This document shows, piece after piece, positions 46,104 through 55,662 of a stretch of DNA of 64,000 nucleotides. Each line of letters begins with the position of its first letter. The stretch's first letter is position 1. The notes below the pieces were generated by a model. The model was not told where the DNA came from. It worked only from the letters and a program-made list of their open reading frames with translations, and did no database searches. This DNA comes from Myxococcota bacterium. GTDB taxonomy: Bacteria > Myxococcota_A > UBA9160 > UBA6930. The DNA is taken from NCBI GenBank assembly GCA_965223415.1, contig OZ245002.1, forward strand, positions 2,112,001 through 2,176,000, written 5' to 3'. A program made the translations under genes and the position numbers.

Positions 46104-47464
46104 GCGCGCCCGCGCCCGACGTCCACGAGGGATTCCTCCGCGGTTGCGAGGAGCGGCTCGCCGCGCTGCCCCGCGCGGAGCTCCAGGGCCGGGTGACCAG
46201 CGTGGTCGGTCCGTCCATCGAGGCCGTGGGTCTGCCCGCGCGGATCGGCTCGCTCTGCGAGCTCGAGCCCCGCGACGGACGCAAGCTCGACGCGGAGGTC
46301 GTGGGCTTCCGCGAAGGCCGCACCGTGCTGATGGCGCTCTCCGAGGCCGGCGGCGTCGGCCCGGGCACGCCGCTGCGCCTCCGCGGGAACCAGGTGAGCG
46401 CGCCCCCGGCGGCGCGCTGTCTCGGTCGTGTGATCGACGGGCTCGCGCGTCCCCTCGACGACGGCCCGCCGCTACCGCCCGGTGGCGGTGCGCGGCTGCA
46501 CCGCAAGCCCGAGCGGGTGCTCGAGCGCGATCGCATCGACACGCCCCTGGACCTCGGCGTGCGCACCCTGAACGCGCTCCTCACCGTGGGTCGCGGCGCG
46601 CGCATCGGGCTCTTCGCGGGCTCCGGTGTCGGCAAGTCGACCCTCCTCGGACAGATCGCCCGCTCCACCGGCGCCGACGCGATCGTGGTCGGGCTCGTCG
46701 GCGAACGCGGTCGCGAGGTGCGCGAGTTCGTCGAGCGGGATCTCGGCCCGGCCCTCGAGCGCTCCACCGTCGTCGTGGCGACCAGTGACGAGCCTCCGCT
46801 GCTGCGCAAGCGCGCGGCGCTCCTGGCCACCGCCCTGGCGGAAGAGCTGCGCGATCAGGGGCGCCACGTGCTCCTGCTCTTCGATTCCCTGACCCGCTTC
46901 TGCACGGCACTCAGGGAGATCGGTCTCGGTGCGGGCGAGCCGCCGGCGACCCGCGGCTATCCGCCCTCGGTCTGGGCCGAGCTCCCGAAGCTGGTCGAGC
47001 GCGCGGGGACCGGCGCCGGAGGCGGCTCGATCACCGCGATCTACACCGTGCTGGTGGAGGGCGACGACCTGATGGAGCCGGTGGCGGATTCCGCCCGTGC
47101 GCTGCTCGACGGCCACGTCGTGCTGTCCCGTGACCTCGCCGAACGCGGCCATCACCCCGCGATCGACCTGCTGGCCAGCGTGTCGCGGGTGATGCCCGAC
47201 GTCGTCGCACCGCAGGTGATGGCCCGGGCCGAGCGAGCCCGTGCGCTCCTCGCCACCTATCGGGACGCGGAGGACCTGATCTCGATCGGCGCCTACGCCG
47301 AGGGCAGCAACCCCGCCGTCGATGAGGCGCGCCGGCTGCGGGAGCCGCTGCTGCGCTTCCTTTGCCAGGCTCGGGACGAGGCGTCGGACCTGGATACCAG
47401 CTTCCGCGCGCTGGCGGAGGCCATGGGGTCGTCCGACGCGGCGGCGGAAAGAGGTGACGCGTGA
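46100..47464 (+). CDS. fliI: Flagellar export ATPase FliI
   Basis: AGSGVGKST, GERGREVREF, DSLTRF, GEPPATRGYPPS. Confidence 0.96.
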   Translation: MSAPAPDVHEGFLRGCEERLAALPRAELQGRVTSVVGPSIEAVGLPARIGSLCELEPRDGRKLDAEVVGFREGRTVLMALSEAGGVGPGTPLRLRGNQVSAPPAARCLGRVIDGLARPLDDGPPLPPGGGARLHRKPERVLERDRIDTPLDLGVRTLNALLTVGRGARIGLFAGSGVGKSTLLGQIARSTGADAIVVGLVGERGREVREFVERDLGPALERSTVVVATSDEPPLLRKRAALLATALAEELRDQGRHVLLLFDSLTRFCTALREIGLGAGEPPATRGYPPSVWAELPKLVERAGTGAGGGSITAIYTVLVEGDDLMEPVADSARALLDGHVVLSRDLAERGHHPAIDLLASVSRVMPDVVAPQVMARAERARALLATYRDAEDLISIGAYAEGSNPAVDEARRLREPLLRFLCQARDEASDLDTSFRALAEAMGSSDAAAERGDA

Positions 47465-48429
47465 AGCGCGGCTTCCGACTCGGCACCGTCCTGCGCGTGC
47501 GCAGGCACGAGCTCGACCAGGCCGCGTTCCAGCTGGCCCACGCGGAGCGCGCCCTGTCGCGCGCCGAGCGCGCGGCGACGGAGGCCGAACGCCGGGCCCG
47601 GGATGCGCGCAGCCTGCTGCGGGACCGGCTCCAGCTCGGTCTCGAGGGTGGTGAGCTGCGCGTCGCGGCCGACGGTGTGGCGCGCCTGGGCGAGGAGGCC
47701 CTCCACGCGGCAGCCGAGACCGCCGCCGCCCGCGAGCACCGGGCCGCCCGCCGCGAGGCGGTGATGGCGGCTCGCAAGCGCGTGAAGGCATTGGAGCAGC
47801 TCGAAGCACTCCACCGCGAGCGGGAGGCCCGGGAGCGCGCCCGCCGCGAGACCCGAACCCTCGACGAGGCCGGCCTGCGGCGCTTCCACGGGCGGCCCCT
47901 CGTGGGCTGGCTGCTCTGGCTGAGCCTGCTCGCGGCCCTCCCGGCGCCGGCGCCGGTGTTCGCCGAGGACGCGCCGGCCGCCGCGGCCGAATCCGACTAC
48001 GGCGTGACCACCCTGCTCACCGAGATCCGCACCCGCCAGGCCGAGCTCGACCGTCGGGAGCGCGCCCTGGACGAGCGAGAGAAGGCCATCGCGCGTCTCG
48101 AGGAGCAGATCGCCGTGGAGCTGGCCGAGCTCGAGGCGATCGCTTCCACCGTCGAAGAGCGCATCGCCGCCTGGGAGGCGGATAACGGGGACGCCGTGCG
48201 CAAGCTCGCGAAGATCTACGCCGCCCTGGCGCCCGCCCGCGCGGCGGAGCTGTTGGAAGAGCTCGAGGTCGGCCTTGCCACCCAGATCGTGGCGAAGATG
48301 AAGGACAAGCAATCGGCCGCCGTGCTGGCGCGCATCTCCGAGAGGCGCGCCCTCGACATGAGCCGCCGGGTCGCGCACCCCCTGGCGATGGAGCCCGCCC
48401 AACCTTCCCGGAAGGGAGAGAAGCGATGA
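47461..48429 (+). CDS. fliJ: Fused FliJ - MotE/FlbB(YlxF)-like protein
   Basis: N-terminal FliJ (FRL..VL.VR, K.LE.L, LDE), hydrophobic segment, then coiled coil and MgtE_N-like KLAKIYAALAP..AA.LL...M...QSAAVL. Confidence 0.72.
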   Translation: MKRGFRLGTVLRVRRHELDQAAFQLAHAERALSRAERAATEAERRARDARSLLRDRLQLGLEGGELRVAADGVARLGEEALHAAAETAAAREHRAARREAVMAARKRVKALEQLEALHREREARERARRETRTLDEAGLRRFHGRPLVGWLLWLSLLAALPAPAPVFAEDAPAAAAESDYGVTTLLTEIRTRQAELDRRERALDEREKAIARLEEQIAVELAELEAIASTVEERIAAWEADNGDAVRKLAKIYAALAPARAAELLEELEVGLATQIVAKMKDKQSAAVLARISERRALDMSRRVAHPLAMEPAQPSRKGEKR

Positions 48430-49811
48430 ACGTACAGGCCGTTCCCAACGAGCTGGCCGAGTTGCCTGCCTCCGGCACGCACGGCGCCGAAGGCGAAGCG
48501 CCCGAAGGCGCCGAGTTCGACGCCATACTCTCGCACGCTCAGAGCCAGGGCGATGCCGAGGCGGAAGAGCAGGGCGGCGAGGCCGAGGAGGAGGCGCTCG
48601 CGGCCGCTGCGGCCGAGACCGCCCGTCCCGCCATGGCGCCGAACGGCCGCGCGCTGCCCCTGATCGAGAGCCTCGTCCTCGGCCTGCGGCAGACGCTGCG
48701 CGAAGCCGCGCGCGAGGTGAACACGGGTGCTAGGACGCCCGCGGCTGCCCAGGCTCCGATGGGCGAGCTTCCGCACGCGGCACCCGCCGCGCAGGGCCAG
48801 GCCCTCCCGCTCATCGAGAGCCTTGCGCTGGGCTTGCGCGCTTCCCTCGACGAAGGCGTTCGCAGCGGCCTCCAGGGCGTCGCTTCGCAAGCGCCGAGCA
48901 CTTCGGAGCCCCTCCCCACGCCGAACGCCGGTTCCGCGATTCCGGCGCCGGTCGCCCTCGGCGACGCCGTTCGCAGCGAGGCGCCGGCCTCCGACGCTGC
49001 GCCTCCGCCGCTGCCGACGCCCGCCGTGCCGGAGCGCGGACCGCAGACGACCCTTCCCGGCGAGGTGGCGGCCGCACAGCTCGGCGCGAGTGGCGGTGGC
49101 GACCGCGGCGCGTCCGATGCCGACACGCCGGACGCCTCCCTCGGCCAGCCCACGGGCCTCCCGCGGAGCGACGCCTCCGCCCCCGGGACGACGAGCGGGG
49201 ACTTTGCTGCCACGCTGGAGAGCACCCGGGAGGCGGGACCCGCCCCGGCGCTCGCCCCCGCGGCACCCACGCCTTCGCCCACCGCGGTGGAGGCCGCGCT
49301 GGCCCAGGTGGCTCCGCCCGGTCCGGCGAGCAGCGCGCCGGTGCACGCGGCCGGCGCCCCGGAAGAGGTGCTTCCGGTGCACGTGGAGTGGCTGGCGGCG
49401 CGCCAGGGTGGCAACGCCCGCATCTCGCTGCATCCGCCCGAGCTCGGTGAGCTCGAGCTGGCGGTGCGCGTGCGGGGCAGTGCCGTCGACATCACGATTC
49501 GTGCGCAGGATCCTGCGGCCCAGCTCGCCGCGGCCCAGAGCCGGGAGCTTCTGGAGGGAGCGCTGGCCGGCCGCGAGCTGCGCATCGATCAGTTCGAGGT
49601 GCGCGGTCTCCAGTCCGAGCTGGGCCGCGAGGACCATCCGGCCCAGACCGGGAGCCAGGCCCAGCAGGACGCCTCGGCGCGCCGGGGAGACCGGGAGCGC
49701 GAGGGCGGAGGCGAGCCGGCCACGCCGTTCGCCGCCTCCTCCGGCCGGGAAGCCGCGGACGGTCCGTCGTCCGAAGCGCCCCCCCACGCCGAAGTCGATC
49801 TGCGGATCTAG
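48426..49811 (+). CDS. fliK: Hook-length control protein FliK
   Basis: Pro/Ala-rich ruler region, ARISLHPPELG, VDLRI C-terminus. Confidence 0.9.
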   Translation: MNVQAVPNELAELPASGTHGAEGEAPEGAEFDAILSHAQSQGDAEAEEQGGEAEEEALAAAAAETARPAMAPNGRALPLIESLVLGLRQTLREAAREVNTGARTPAAAQAPMGELPHAAPAAQGQALPLIESLALGLRASLDEGVRSGLQGVASQAPSTSEPLPTPNAGSAIPAPVALGDAVRSEAPASDAAPPPLPTPAVPERGPQTTLPGEVAAAQLGASGGGDRGASDADTPDASLGQPTGLPRSDASAPGTTSGDFAATLESTREAGPAPALAPAAPTPSPTAVEAALAQVAPPGPASSAPVHAAGAPEEVLPVHVEWLAARQGGNARISLHPPELGELELAVRVRGSAVDITIRAQDPAAQLAAAQSRELLEGALAGRELRIDQFEVRGLQSELGREDHPAQTGSQAQQDASARRGDREREGGGEPATPFAASSGREAADGPSSEAPPHAEVDLRI

Positions 49812-49823
49812 GGAAGGAACACG

Positions 49824-50465
49824 ATGATCTCCACCGACGTCATCGGCCGGAACTCCTCGGCCGACATCACCGGGAGCGCCGAGCGCCCGGAGCTGGGTCA
49901 GGAGGACTTCCTGGCCATGCTCATCGCGCAGCTCGAGAACCAGGATCCCCTCGAGCCCCAGGACGGGACCGAGTTCACCGCCCAGCTGGCCCAGTTCTCG
50001 AGCCTCGAGCAGCTGCTCGGGATGCGCGAGGCGATCGACGAGCTCGCCTCGGTGCAGGTCCAGGCCCAGACCCTGGGAGCCGTCGGGCTGATCGGCAAGA
50101 ACGTGCTCGTGCAGGGCAGCCAGTTCGAGATCGATCCGAGCGCGAGCGAGCTTCCGAAGCTGGCCTTCGCGCTGGCCGAGCCCGCCGAGGTGCGGAGCGT
50201 GGAGCTCTTCGACGAGAAGGGCCGGCTCGCGGCGCGCATCGACGACCTCGGCCTCCAGCCCGCCGGCACGACCCAGCTCGACTGGGCCGACTTCAGTCGC
50301 CAGCCCGGGCCCGGCCTGTACACGATCCGCATCAACCAGCTCGAGGGCGCCCTGGCGCGGCCGCTGGTCGAGAGCCGGGTGACCGGGACCGCGATCCAGG
50401 ACGGTGTGCTCTACCTCGGACGTGCCGAGGCGAACCTGTCCGACGTCCGGGAGGTGCGGGAGTGA
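49824..50465 (+). CDS. flgD: Hook cap protein FlgD
   Basis: FLAMLIAQLENQDPLEP, EFTAQLAQFSSLE. Confidence 0.96.
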   Translation: MISTDVIGRNSSADITGSAERPELGQEDFLAMLIAQLENQDPLEPQDGTEFTAQLAQFSSLEQLLGMREAIDELASVQVQAQTLGAVGLIGKNVLVQGSQFEIDPSASELPKLAFALAEPAEVRSVELFDEKGRLAARIDDLGLQPAGTTQLDWADFSRQPGPGLYTIRINQLEGALARPLVESRVTGTAIQDGVLYLGRAEANLSDVREVRE

Positions 50466-50644
50466 AGCGCACCACCACCTTCCTCGGCCGCCTGCGCGTG
50501 CGACTCGCGCGCTGGCTGCGCCGCGGCACGGCTCCCTCCTTCCAATCGATCCTTCGTGAAGCCGTCTCCGCCCAGCGGCGGGCGGCTTCCGCCGTTCACT
50601 CGGACGAGTTCGACGGCGTCCTTCCTACCCCCCACAACAGCTGA
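50462..50644 (+). CDS. Small hypothetical protein between flgD and flgE
   Basis: GTGA overlap with flgD stop; fills the gap to flgE. Confidence 0.4.
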   Translation: MKRTTTFLGRLRVRLARWLRRGTAPSFQSILREAVSAQRRAASAVHSDEFDGVLPTPHNS

Positions 50645-50656
50645 GGTTCATCCCAC

Positions 50657-51955
50657 ATGTCGCTCTCCAACGCCCTCTTCTCCAGCGTCACCGGTCTCGA
50701 GACCAGCTCTACGGCGATCTCCGTGATCGGTGAGAACATCGCGAACGTCAACACGCCCGGCTTCAAGCAGAGGCGCGTCGAGTTCGCCGACATCCTGGGC
50801 CAGGCCCTCGGGACCGGCGGGAGCTTCTCGCAGACCGGCTCCGGCGCGCGGGTCGCGCGGATCATCCGCGTCGACAGCCAGGGCTCCTTCGAGTCCAGCG
50901 AGCGAGCCACCGACATGGCGATCGAGGGGCAGGGCTTCTTCCTGCTCGATGATCCGGTCGGCGGTCGCAGGTACACGCGGGCCGGCCTGTTCGGTTTCGA
51001 CAACCAGGGCTACCTGGTGGACAAGGAGGAGTTCCGGGTCCAGGGCTTCACGATCGATCCCCTGACCGGCGCCTCGACCGGGCAGCTCGCGGACATCCGG
51101 CTGATCCCCGGCATCGCGGCGCCCCAGGTATCGGCACTCGTCGACATTTCGCTCAACCTGGATGCCGGGATCACGACGCCGTCCGCGCCCTTCGCTCCCG
51201 CCAATCCCCAGGGTACCTCCGACTTCCAGCAGACGGTAACGCTCTTCGACTCGCTGGGTGCCGGGCACTCCGCCACGATCTTCTTCAGCAAGACCGCCGC
51301 GGCGAATACCTGGGACTGGACGGCGGCGGTCGATCCCGCCGACACCACCACGCCCCCGGCGGCGCCCGGTGACCCCTACGTAGTGATGGGCGGTGGCCAG
51401 CTCACCTTCGACCCCTCGGGCAACCTGATCGGCCTGACCGGCAACCCGGTGAACTTCGACTTCTCGGGCGGCGCCCTGGCGGGCCAGGCGGTGACCTTCA
51501 ACTTCGGTCCGGTGGCCGGCGTGGGCACCGGGGAGCCGACGACCCAGTTCGCCGAGCAGTCGGCGATCAACTCGGTGAGCCAGGACGGCTTCGCCCCCGG
51601 CGCGCTCCAGGCGATCACCATCGACACGGACGGGGTGATGGTGGGCAGCTTCTCGAACGGCGAGACCCGCAATCTCGCCCAGCTCGCCCTGGCCCAGTTC
51701 CCGAACGTCGAGGGCATGGCCTCGACCGGCAACAACAACCTGCTCGAGACCCGCGCCTCCGGTCAGCCGCTGATCGGCGAGCCCCGCAGCGGGCAGTTCG
51801 GAGCCATCCGGGCCAACAACTTCGAGCAGTCCAACGTGGACCTGGCCGACCAGTTCGTCCGACTGATCATCAACCAACGGGCCTTCCAGGCGAACACGAG
51901 AACCGTCTCCGTGACCAACGAGCTGCTCGCCAACGTGGTGCAGCTCGGCCAGTAA
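50657..51955 (+). CDS. flgE: Hook protein FlgE
   Basis: NIANVNTPGFK, YTRAG.F, EQSNVDLA, QRAFQAN. Confidence 0.96.
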   Translation: MSLSNALFSSVTGLETSSTAISVIGENIANVNTPGFKQRRVEFADILGQALGTGGSFSQTGSGARVARIIRVDSQGSFESSERATDMAIEGQGFFLLDDPVGGRRYTRAGLFGFDNQGYLVDKEEFRVQGFTIDPLTGASTGQLADIRLIPGIAAPQVSALVDISLNLDAGITTPSAPFAPANPQGTSDFQQTVTLFDSLGAGHSATIFFSKTAAANTWDWTAAVDPADTTTPPAAPGDPYVVMGGGQLTFDPSGNLIGLTGNPVNFDFSGGALAGQAVTFNFGPVAGVGTGEPTTQFAEQSAINSVSQDGFAPGALQAITIDTDGVMVGSFSNGETRNLAQLALAQFPNVEGMASTGNNNLLETRASGQPLIGEPRSGQFGAIRANNFEQSNVDLADQFVRLIINQRAFQANTRTVSVTNELLANVVQLGQ

Positions 51956-52022
51956 GTCACTGACCGCACGGGGATTCTGGCGGGTTCGGGAGGGATTTCG
52001 ATCTGAACGTAGCCATTCGGCC

Positions 52023-52050
52023 TCAAGTGGAATCGGGGGGAGGCCGAAAG
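52023..52050 (+). promoter_or_regulatory. Possible sigma28-type promoter
   Basis: TCAAG-N15-GCCGAAAG. Confidence 0.5.
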
Positions 52051-52108
52051 GGGATCAAGTCCCCACGGCCGGGGACACCCCCCGGACACTGGGGACGGAG
52101 CCGCACGG

Positions 52109-52747
52109 ATGCCGGATCTCCCCCCCGCCAGCCTTGCACGACCCGAACCCGTCGACGCCGCGACGCGCGTCGCCGGGGAAGCTGCGCCCCGCAGCGAGGT
52201 GCGCCCGCGCCACCCGTCGGCGGAGCGCGGCGCTCGCGTCGAGATCTCGATGGCCGCCCGCGAGTCCCTCGCGCGCTCGGAGGTGGCGACGCGCACCCTG
52301 GACCGGGTGGCCGAAGAGCTCGCCCTCGACGAGGAGCAGCTCGACGCCGCCGGACGTGAGTCCTTCCAGGAGTCGAGCTGGACCCCGCAGGACCTCTCGA
52401 CCGCCGCCACCGCGGACCGCATCTTCACGGGAATCATCAGCTACGTCTACGATGCCTTCCAGCTCGAGCGCCCGAACCCGAGCCGCGAGCAGATCGAGGA
52501 GTTCGTGGGCGCAGCCCACCGCGGCCTCGACCGCGGCCTACGCGACGCCGCGAGCCTGCTGCTCGCCTTCGGCGCCCGCCGGGACGCGGTCGCTGCCGAA
52601 CGCGCCGAGACCTTCGAGGCGGTGCGCGACGCCGTCGTGCGCTTCGCCGAGGAGCAGACCCGGCCCGATCGGCCCGCGCCTTCCGAGCCGCGGGAGCGGG
52701 AGATGCCCGATCTCTTCGGGAGTGGGAGCGGAGGCGACCCGGAGTAG
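52109..52747 (+). CDS. DUF5610-like hypothetical protein
   Basis: S..ATADRI, G..RG..DA pattern recalled from DUF5610; GGAG SD. Confidence 0.6.
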   Translation: MPDLPPASLARPEPVDAATRVAGEAAPRSEVRPRHPSAERGARVEISMAARESLARSEVATRTLDRVAEELALDEEQLDAAGRESFQESSWTPQDLSTAATADRIFTGIISYVYDAFQLERPNPSREQIEEFVGAAHRGLDRGLRDAASLLLAFGARRDAVAAERAETFEAVRDAVVRFAEEQTRPDRPAPSEPREREMPDLFGSGSGGDPE

Positions 52748-52756
52748 GCTCCGAGC

Positions 52757-53341
52757 GTGAACACGCTGGGGCACGTCGTCTTCAACCTGCTCGCCGTTGG
52801 CCGCGGCCGGGGCCAGCCCTGGGCGCCCATCCTGGCCGGGGCGCTGCTCCCGGACCTCCCCATGCTCGTCATGTATGCCGTCGAGCGCGGGCTCCTCGGC
52901 ACCTCGGAGCTGCTGATCTGGCGGGAGCGCTACTTCGCGCCCGGCTGGCAGCTCTTCGTCGACGCCTTCAACTCGTTGCCGCTGATCGCCGCCGGCTGGT
53001 TCCTGGCGCGACGGCGTGGCTCGCCCTTCCTGCGGGTGATGTTCCTCAGCATGGGTGTGCACGCGGGTGTCGACCTGCTCGTCCACCACGACGACGCCCA
53101 CCGCCACTTCCTCCCGTTCAGCGACTGGCGTTTCGTGAGCCCGGTCTCCTACTGGGACCCCCGGCACTTCGGGCAGCTCTTCCTGGCTGCGGAGATGACG
53201 ATGGTGGTCGTCGGGAGCGGCTACCTGGCCGTACGTGGGCGGGAGAAGGCGGTGCGCCGGCTCGGCGCGGCCACCCTGGTGACGACGGCCCATTTCGTCG
53301 GCTTCGCGCTCTGGAGCTGGTCGGATCTCCCGGCGCCCTAG
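52757..53341 (+). CDS. Membrane-bound metal-dependent hydrolase-like protein
   Basis: MNT.GH, GALLPDLP, H..VD.LVH.DD.H.HF.P. Confidence 0.7.
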   Translation: MNTLGHVVFNLLAVGRGRGQPWAPILAGALLPDLPMLVMYAVERGLLGTSELLIWRERYFAPGWQLFVDAFNSLPLIAAGWFLARRRGSPFLRVMFLSMGVHAGVDLLVHHDDAHRHFLPFSDWRFVSPVSYWDPRHFGQLFLAAEMTMVVVGSGYLAVRGREKAVRRLGAATLVTTAHFVGFALWSWSDLPAP

Positions 53342-53344
53342 CCT

Positions 53345-54100
53345 TCACGTGCGGCATCGCCGGTGCATCTCTTCCGCGGCGTGCTCGCGGATCTCACAGT
53401 CGAGGGTCGGGTCCTCGGCGATCTCCCCGAGCTCGGGCGTGGGGAGCGCACCGATCAGCTGGAGTGCGAGCTCGGACGGGCAGTAGGGGTTTCGGGCGAG
53501 GGCGGTGCGCACCCGCGGCCGCACGCCGAAGCGCGGGCTCTTGGCGATGGCGCGGAGCACCGAGCCCGCGATCGGGCGCCGTGCCGCGATGCCGATCACG
53601 TGCGGCTCGGTGATGCGGGCGTTGCGCAGCAGATGACCCAGGACCACCGGGTCCGGGTCGAGCAGGAGCTTCTCGAGGAGCCGCAGATCGACGCCCCGAG
53701 CCAGGGAGCGGCGCACGCCCAGGGGGAGCTCCGCCACGTCCCGGGGAAGCGCGGCGTCCGGAACGTCCATCACCTGGGCCGCTCCCGAGGCCCGGAGGAG
53801 CCGCGCGACGAAGGCGTCACCCTCCTGCTCGGCCCAACGCAGCCAGCTCTCCCGCAGGGCCGGCGGGACCTCGCGCACGGCGCCTCCCCCGCGCAGGACG
53901 TCCTGGAGCACTTCGCGGAGCATCCGCAGGTGGGGCGTCGGAGCGCCCGGCCGCGCGAGGACCGCGGACAGCAGGGCGTAGCCCTCTTCCGGATCGAGGC
54001 ATTCGAGGGCGCAGAGCAGCCGCTCCCTGCGCATGGCCGGCTCGACCAGCCCGCGCAGTCGGCGCTCCCACGAAAGCAGCTCCTCGTCCTCGAGAGCCAT
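53345..54100 (-). CDS. Hypothetical protein with short helical (LRV-like) repeats
   Basis: DPDPVV..LL.N, VR.ALARNP; GAGGAGG SD. Confidence 0.7.
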   Translation of the reverse strand: MALEDEELLSWERRLRGLVEPAMRRERLLCALECLDPEEGYALLSAVLARPGAPTPHLRMLREVLQDVLRGGGAVREVPPALRESWLRWAEQEGDAFVARLLRASGAAQVMDVPDAALPRDVAELPLGVRRSLARGVDLRLLEKLLLDPDPVVLGHLLRNARITEPHVIGIAARRPIAGSVLRAIAKSPRFGVRPRVRTALARNPYCPSELALQLIGALPTPELGEIAEDPTLDCEIREHAAEEMHRRCRT

Positions 54101-54150
54101 GGCCTCCTCTTCGGTCGGACGGCGGCCCGACGTGTGGCTACCCTCGGCCC

Positions 54151-54876
54151 GTGCCGGCAGCCGTTCCCTTCGCAGAGATCGACACGGTCTTCCTCGACGC
54201 GGGGAACACGCTCGTCTCGATCGACTTCGACCGCGTCTCCTCCGAGCTCACCCGGCGCGGCGTTTCCTGCGAGTCCCACGGCCTGCGACGGGCCGAGGCG
54301 GCGGCGCGTCCGCGGGTGTCGGCGCGCGCCCACGAGCAGCAGGGCACCGAGGGCGACGACGCCTTCACGGCCTACCTCGCCTTCGTCTTCGAAGGACTGC
54401 TCGGGGAGGGCGACCGCGCCGAGGCGATCGCGCGGGAGATCGGCCCCGTTCTGCGGGAGCCGGGCGCGTCGGACCGGCTCTGGTGCTGGGTGCTGCCGGG
54501 CACCCGGGATGCGCTCCTGCGCCTGCGGGCCCAGGGCCTCCGCCTCGTGGTCGTGAGCAACGCGGACGGGAGCGCCGAGCGGGGCCTCGAGGCGCGCGGT
54601 CTCCGCCCGCTCCTCGACCACGTGATCGATTCGCACGAGGTGGGCTTCGAGAAGCCGGACCCGCGCATCTTCGACGCCGCCCTCGCCCGCGCCGGCGCCC
54701 GGCCCGAGCGCACACTCCACGTAGGCGATCTCTACCACGCGGACGTGCTCGGTGCGCGAGCCCGCGGCATCCACGCCACCCTGCTCGACCCCTTCGACGA
54801 CTGGGGCGAGCTCGATTGCCTCCGGGTGGCCGATCTGCTGGAGCTCGCCGCGCACTTCGAGGAGGCGAGGCGATGA
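54151..54876 (+). CDS. HAD-IA family hydrolase
   Basis: FLDAGNTL, VVSN, EKPDPRIF, HVGD. Confidence 0.93.
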   Translation: MPAAVPFAEIDTVFLDAGNTLVSIDFDRVSSELTRRGVSCESHGLRRAEAAARPRVSARAHEQQGTEGDDAFTAYLAFVFEGLLGEGDRAEAIAREIGPVLREPGASDRLWCWVLPGTRDALLRLRAQGLRLVVVSNADGSAERGLEARGLRPLLDHVIDSHEVGFEKPDPRIFDAALARAGARPERTLHVGDLYHADVLGARARGIHATLLDPFDDWGELDCLRVADLLELAAHFEEARR

Positions 54877-55307
54877 CCGCCGATCTCGTCGCGGTGATCG
54901 CGACGACCTTCGCCTTGGTGCTGCTGTCGATCGGCATGCACTTCGAGACCCTGCGCATGCTCTCGGCCTGGCTCCCCCGGAGCGGAGTGCCTCGGCGAAT
55001 GCGCGTGGCCTTCCTCATCGGCGTGGCGGTGTGCGCGCACCTGGGCGAGGCGATCGTCTTCGCCTTCGGAATCGGACTCATGATCGAGGCCGGCTACGGG
55101 ACGGTGGCCGGGGACGTGTCCGGCGCCGCCGACATCATCTACTTCTCGATCACCTCCTACACGTCGCTCGGCTACGGCGACATCGCGCCGCAAGGACCGC
55201 TGCGCATCCTCTGCGTCGTCGAGGCCCTGACGGGCCTGGTGCTGATCGCCTGGACCGCGTCGTTCACCTACGTCGAGATGCAGAAGTACTGGCACGTGGA
55301 GGACTGA
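54873..55307 (+). CDS. Potassium channel family (pore-only) protein
   Basis: YFSITSYTSLGYGDI selectivity-filter motif. Confidence 0.88.
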   Translation: MTADLVAVIATTFALVLLSIGMHFETLRMLSAWLPRSGVPRRMRVAFLIGVAVCAHLGEAIVFAFGIGLMIEAGYGTVAGDVSGAADIIYFSITSYTSLGYGDIAPQGPLRILCVVEALTGLVLIAWTASFTYVEMQKYWHVED

Positions 55308-55308
55308 C

Positions 55309-55614
55309 ATGGTCGTCGGCATCTTTCGCAACCGCCTGCGCGAGGACGGAACCGCCGACTACGGGCCGACGGCCGAGCGCATGGTCGAGCTCGTCCAGAA
55401 GGTCCCGGGCTTCCGCGGCATGAAGGCCTTCGCCGCCGAGGACGGCGAGCGGGTCACCCTCTTCGAATTCGAGAGCCTCGAGGCCATCGACGAGTGGAGC
55501 CGGGACCCGGAGCACCAGGAGGCCCAACGGCGCGGTCGCGAGGAGTTCTACGCCGAGTACGAGCTCTGGATCTGCGAGCCCGCCCGCCACTCCGTCTTCC
55601 GGCACGAGAGCTAG
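55309..55614 (+). CDS. Antibiotic biosynthesis monooxygenase-family protein
   Basis: PGF, W..DPEH..AQ..GR..FY..Y. Confidence 0.88.
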   Translation: MVVGIFRNRLREDGTADYGPTAERMVELVQKVPGFRGMKAFAAEDGERVTLFEFESLEAIDEWSRDPEHQEAQRRGREEFYAEYELWICEPARHSVFRHES

Positions 55615-55662
55615 CCCCCGCCCCCTACCTCTCTTAACGTCCCTCTCTCGAAGGGAGCCCCC

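Noticed and set aside
51994..52010. Additional enhancer-like site GATTTCGATCTGAACGT
   Set aside because: Right half is imperfect and no sigma54 promoter is seen nearby
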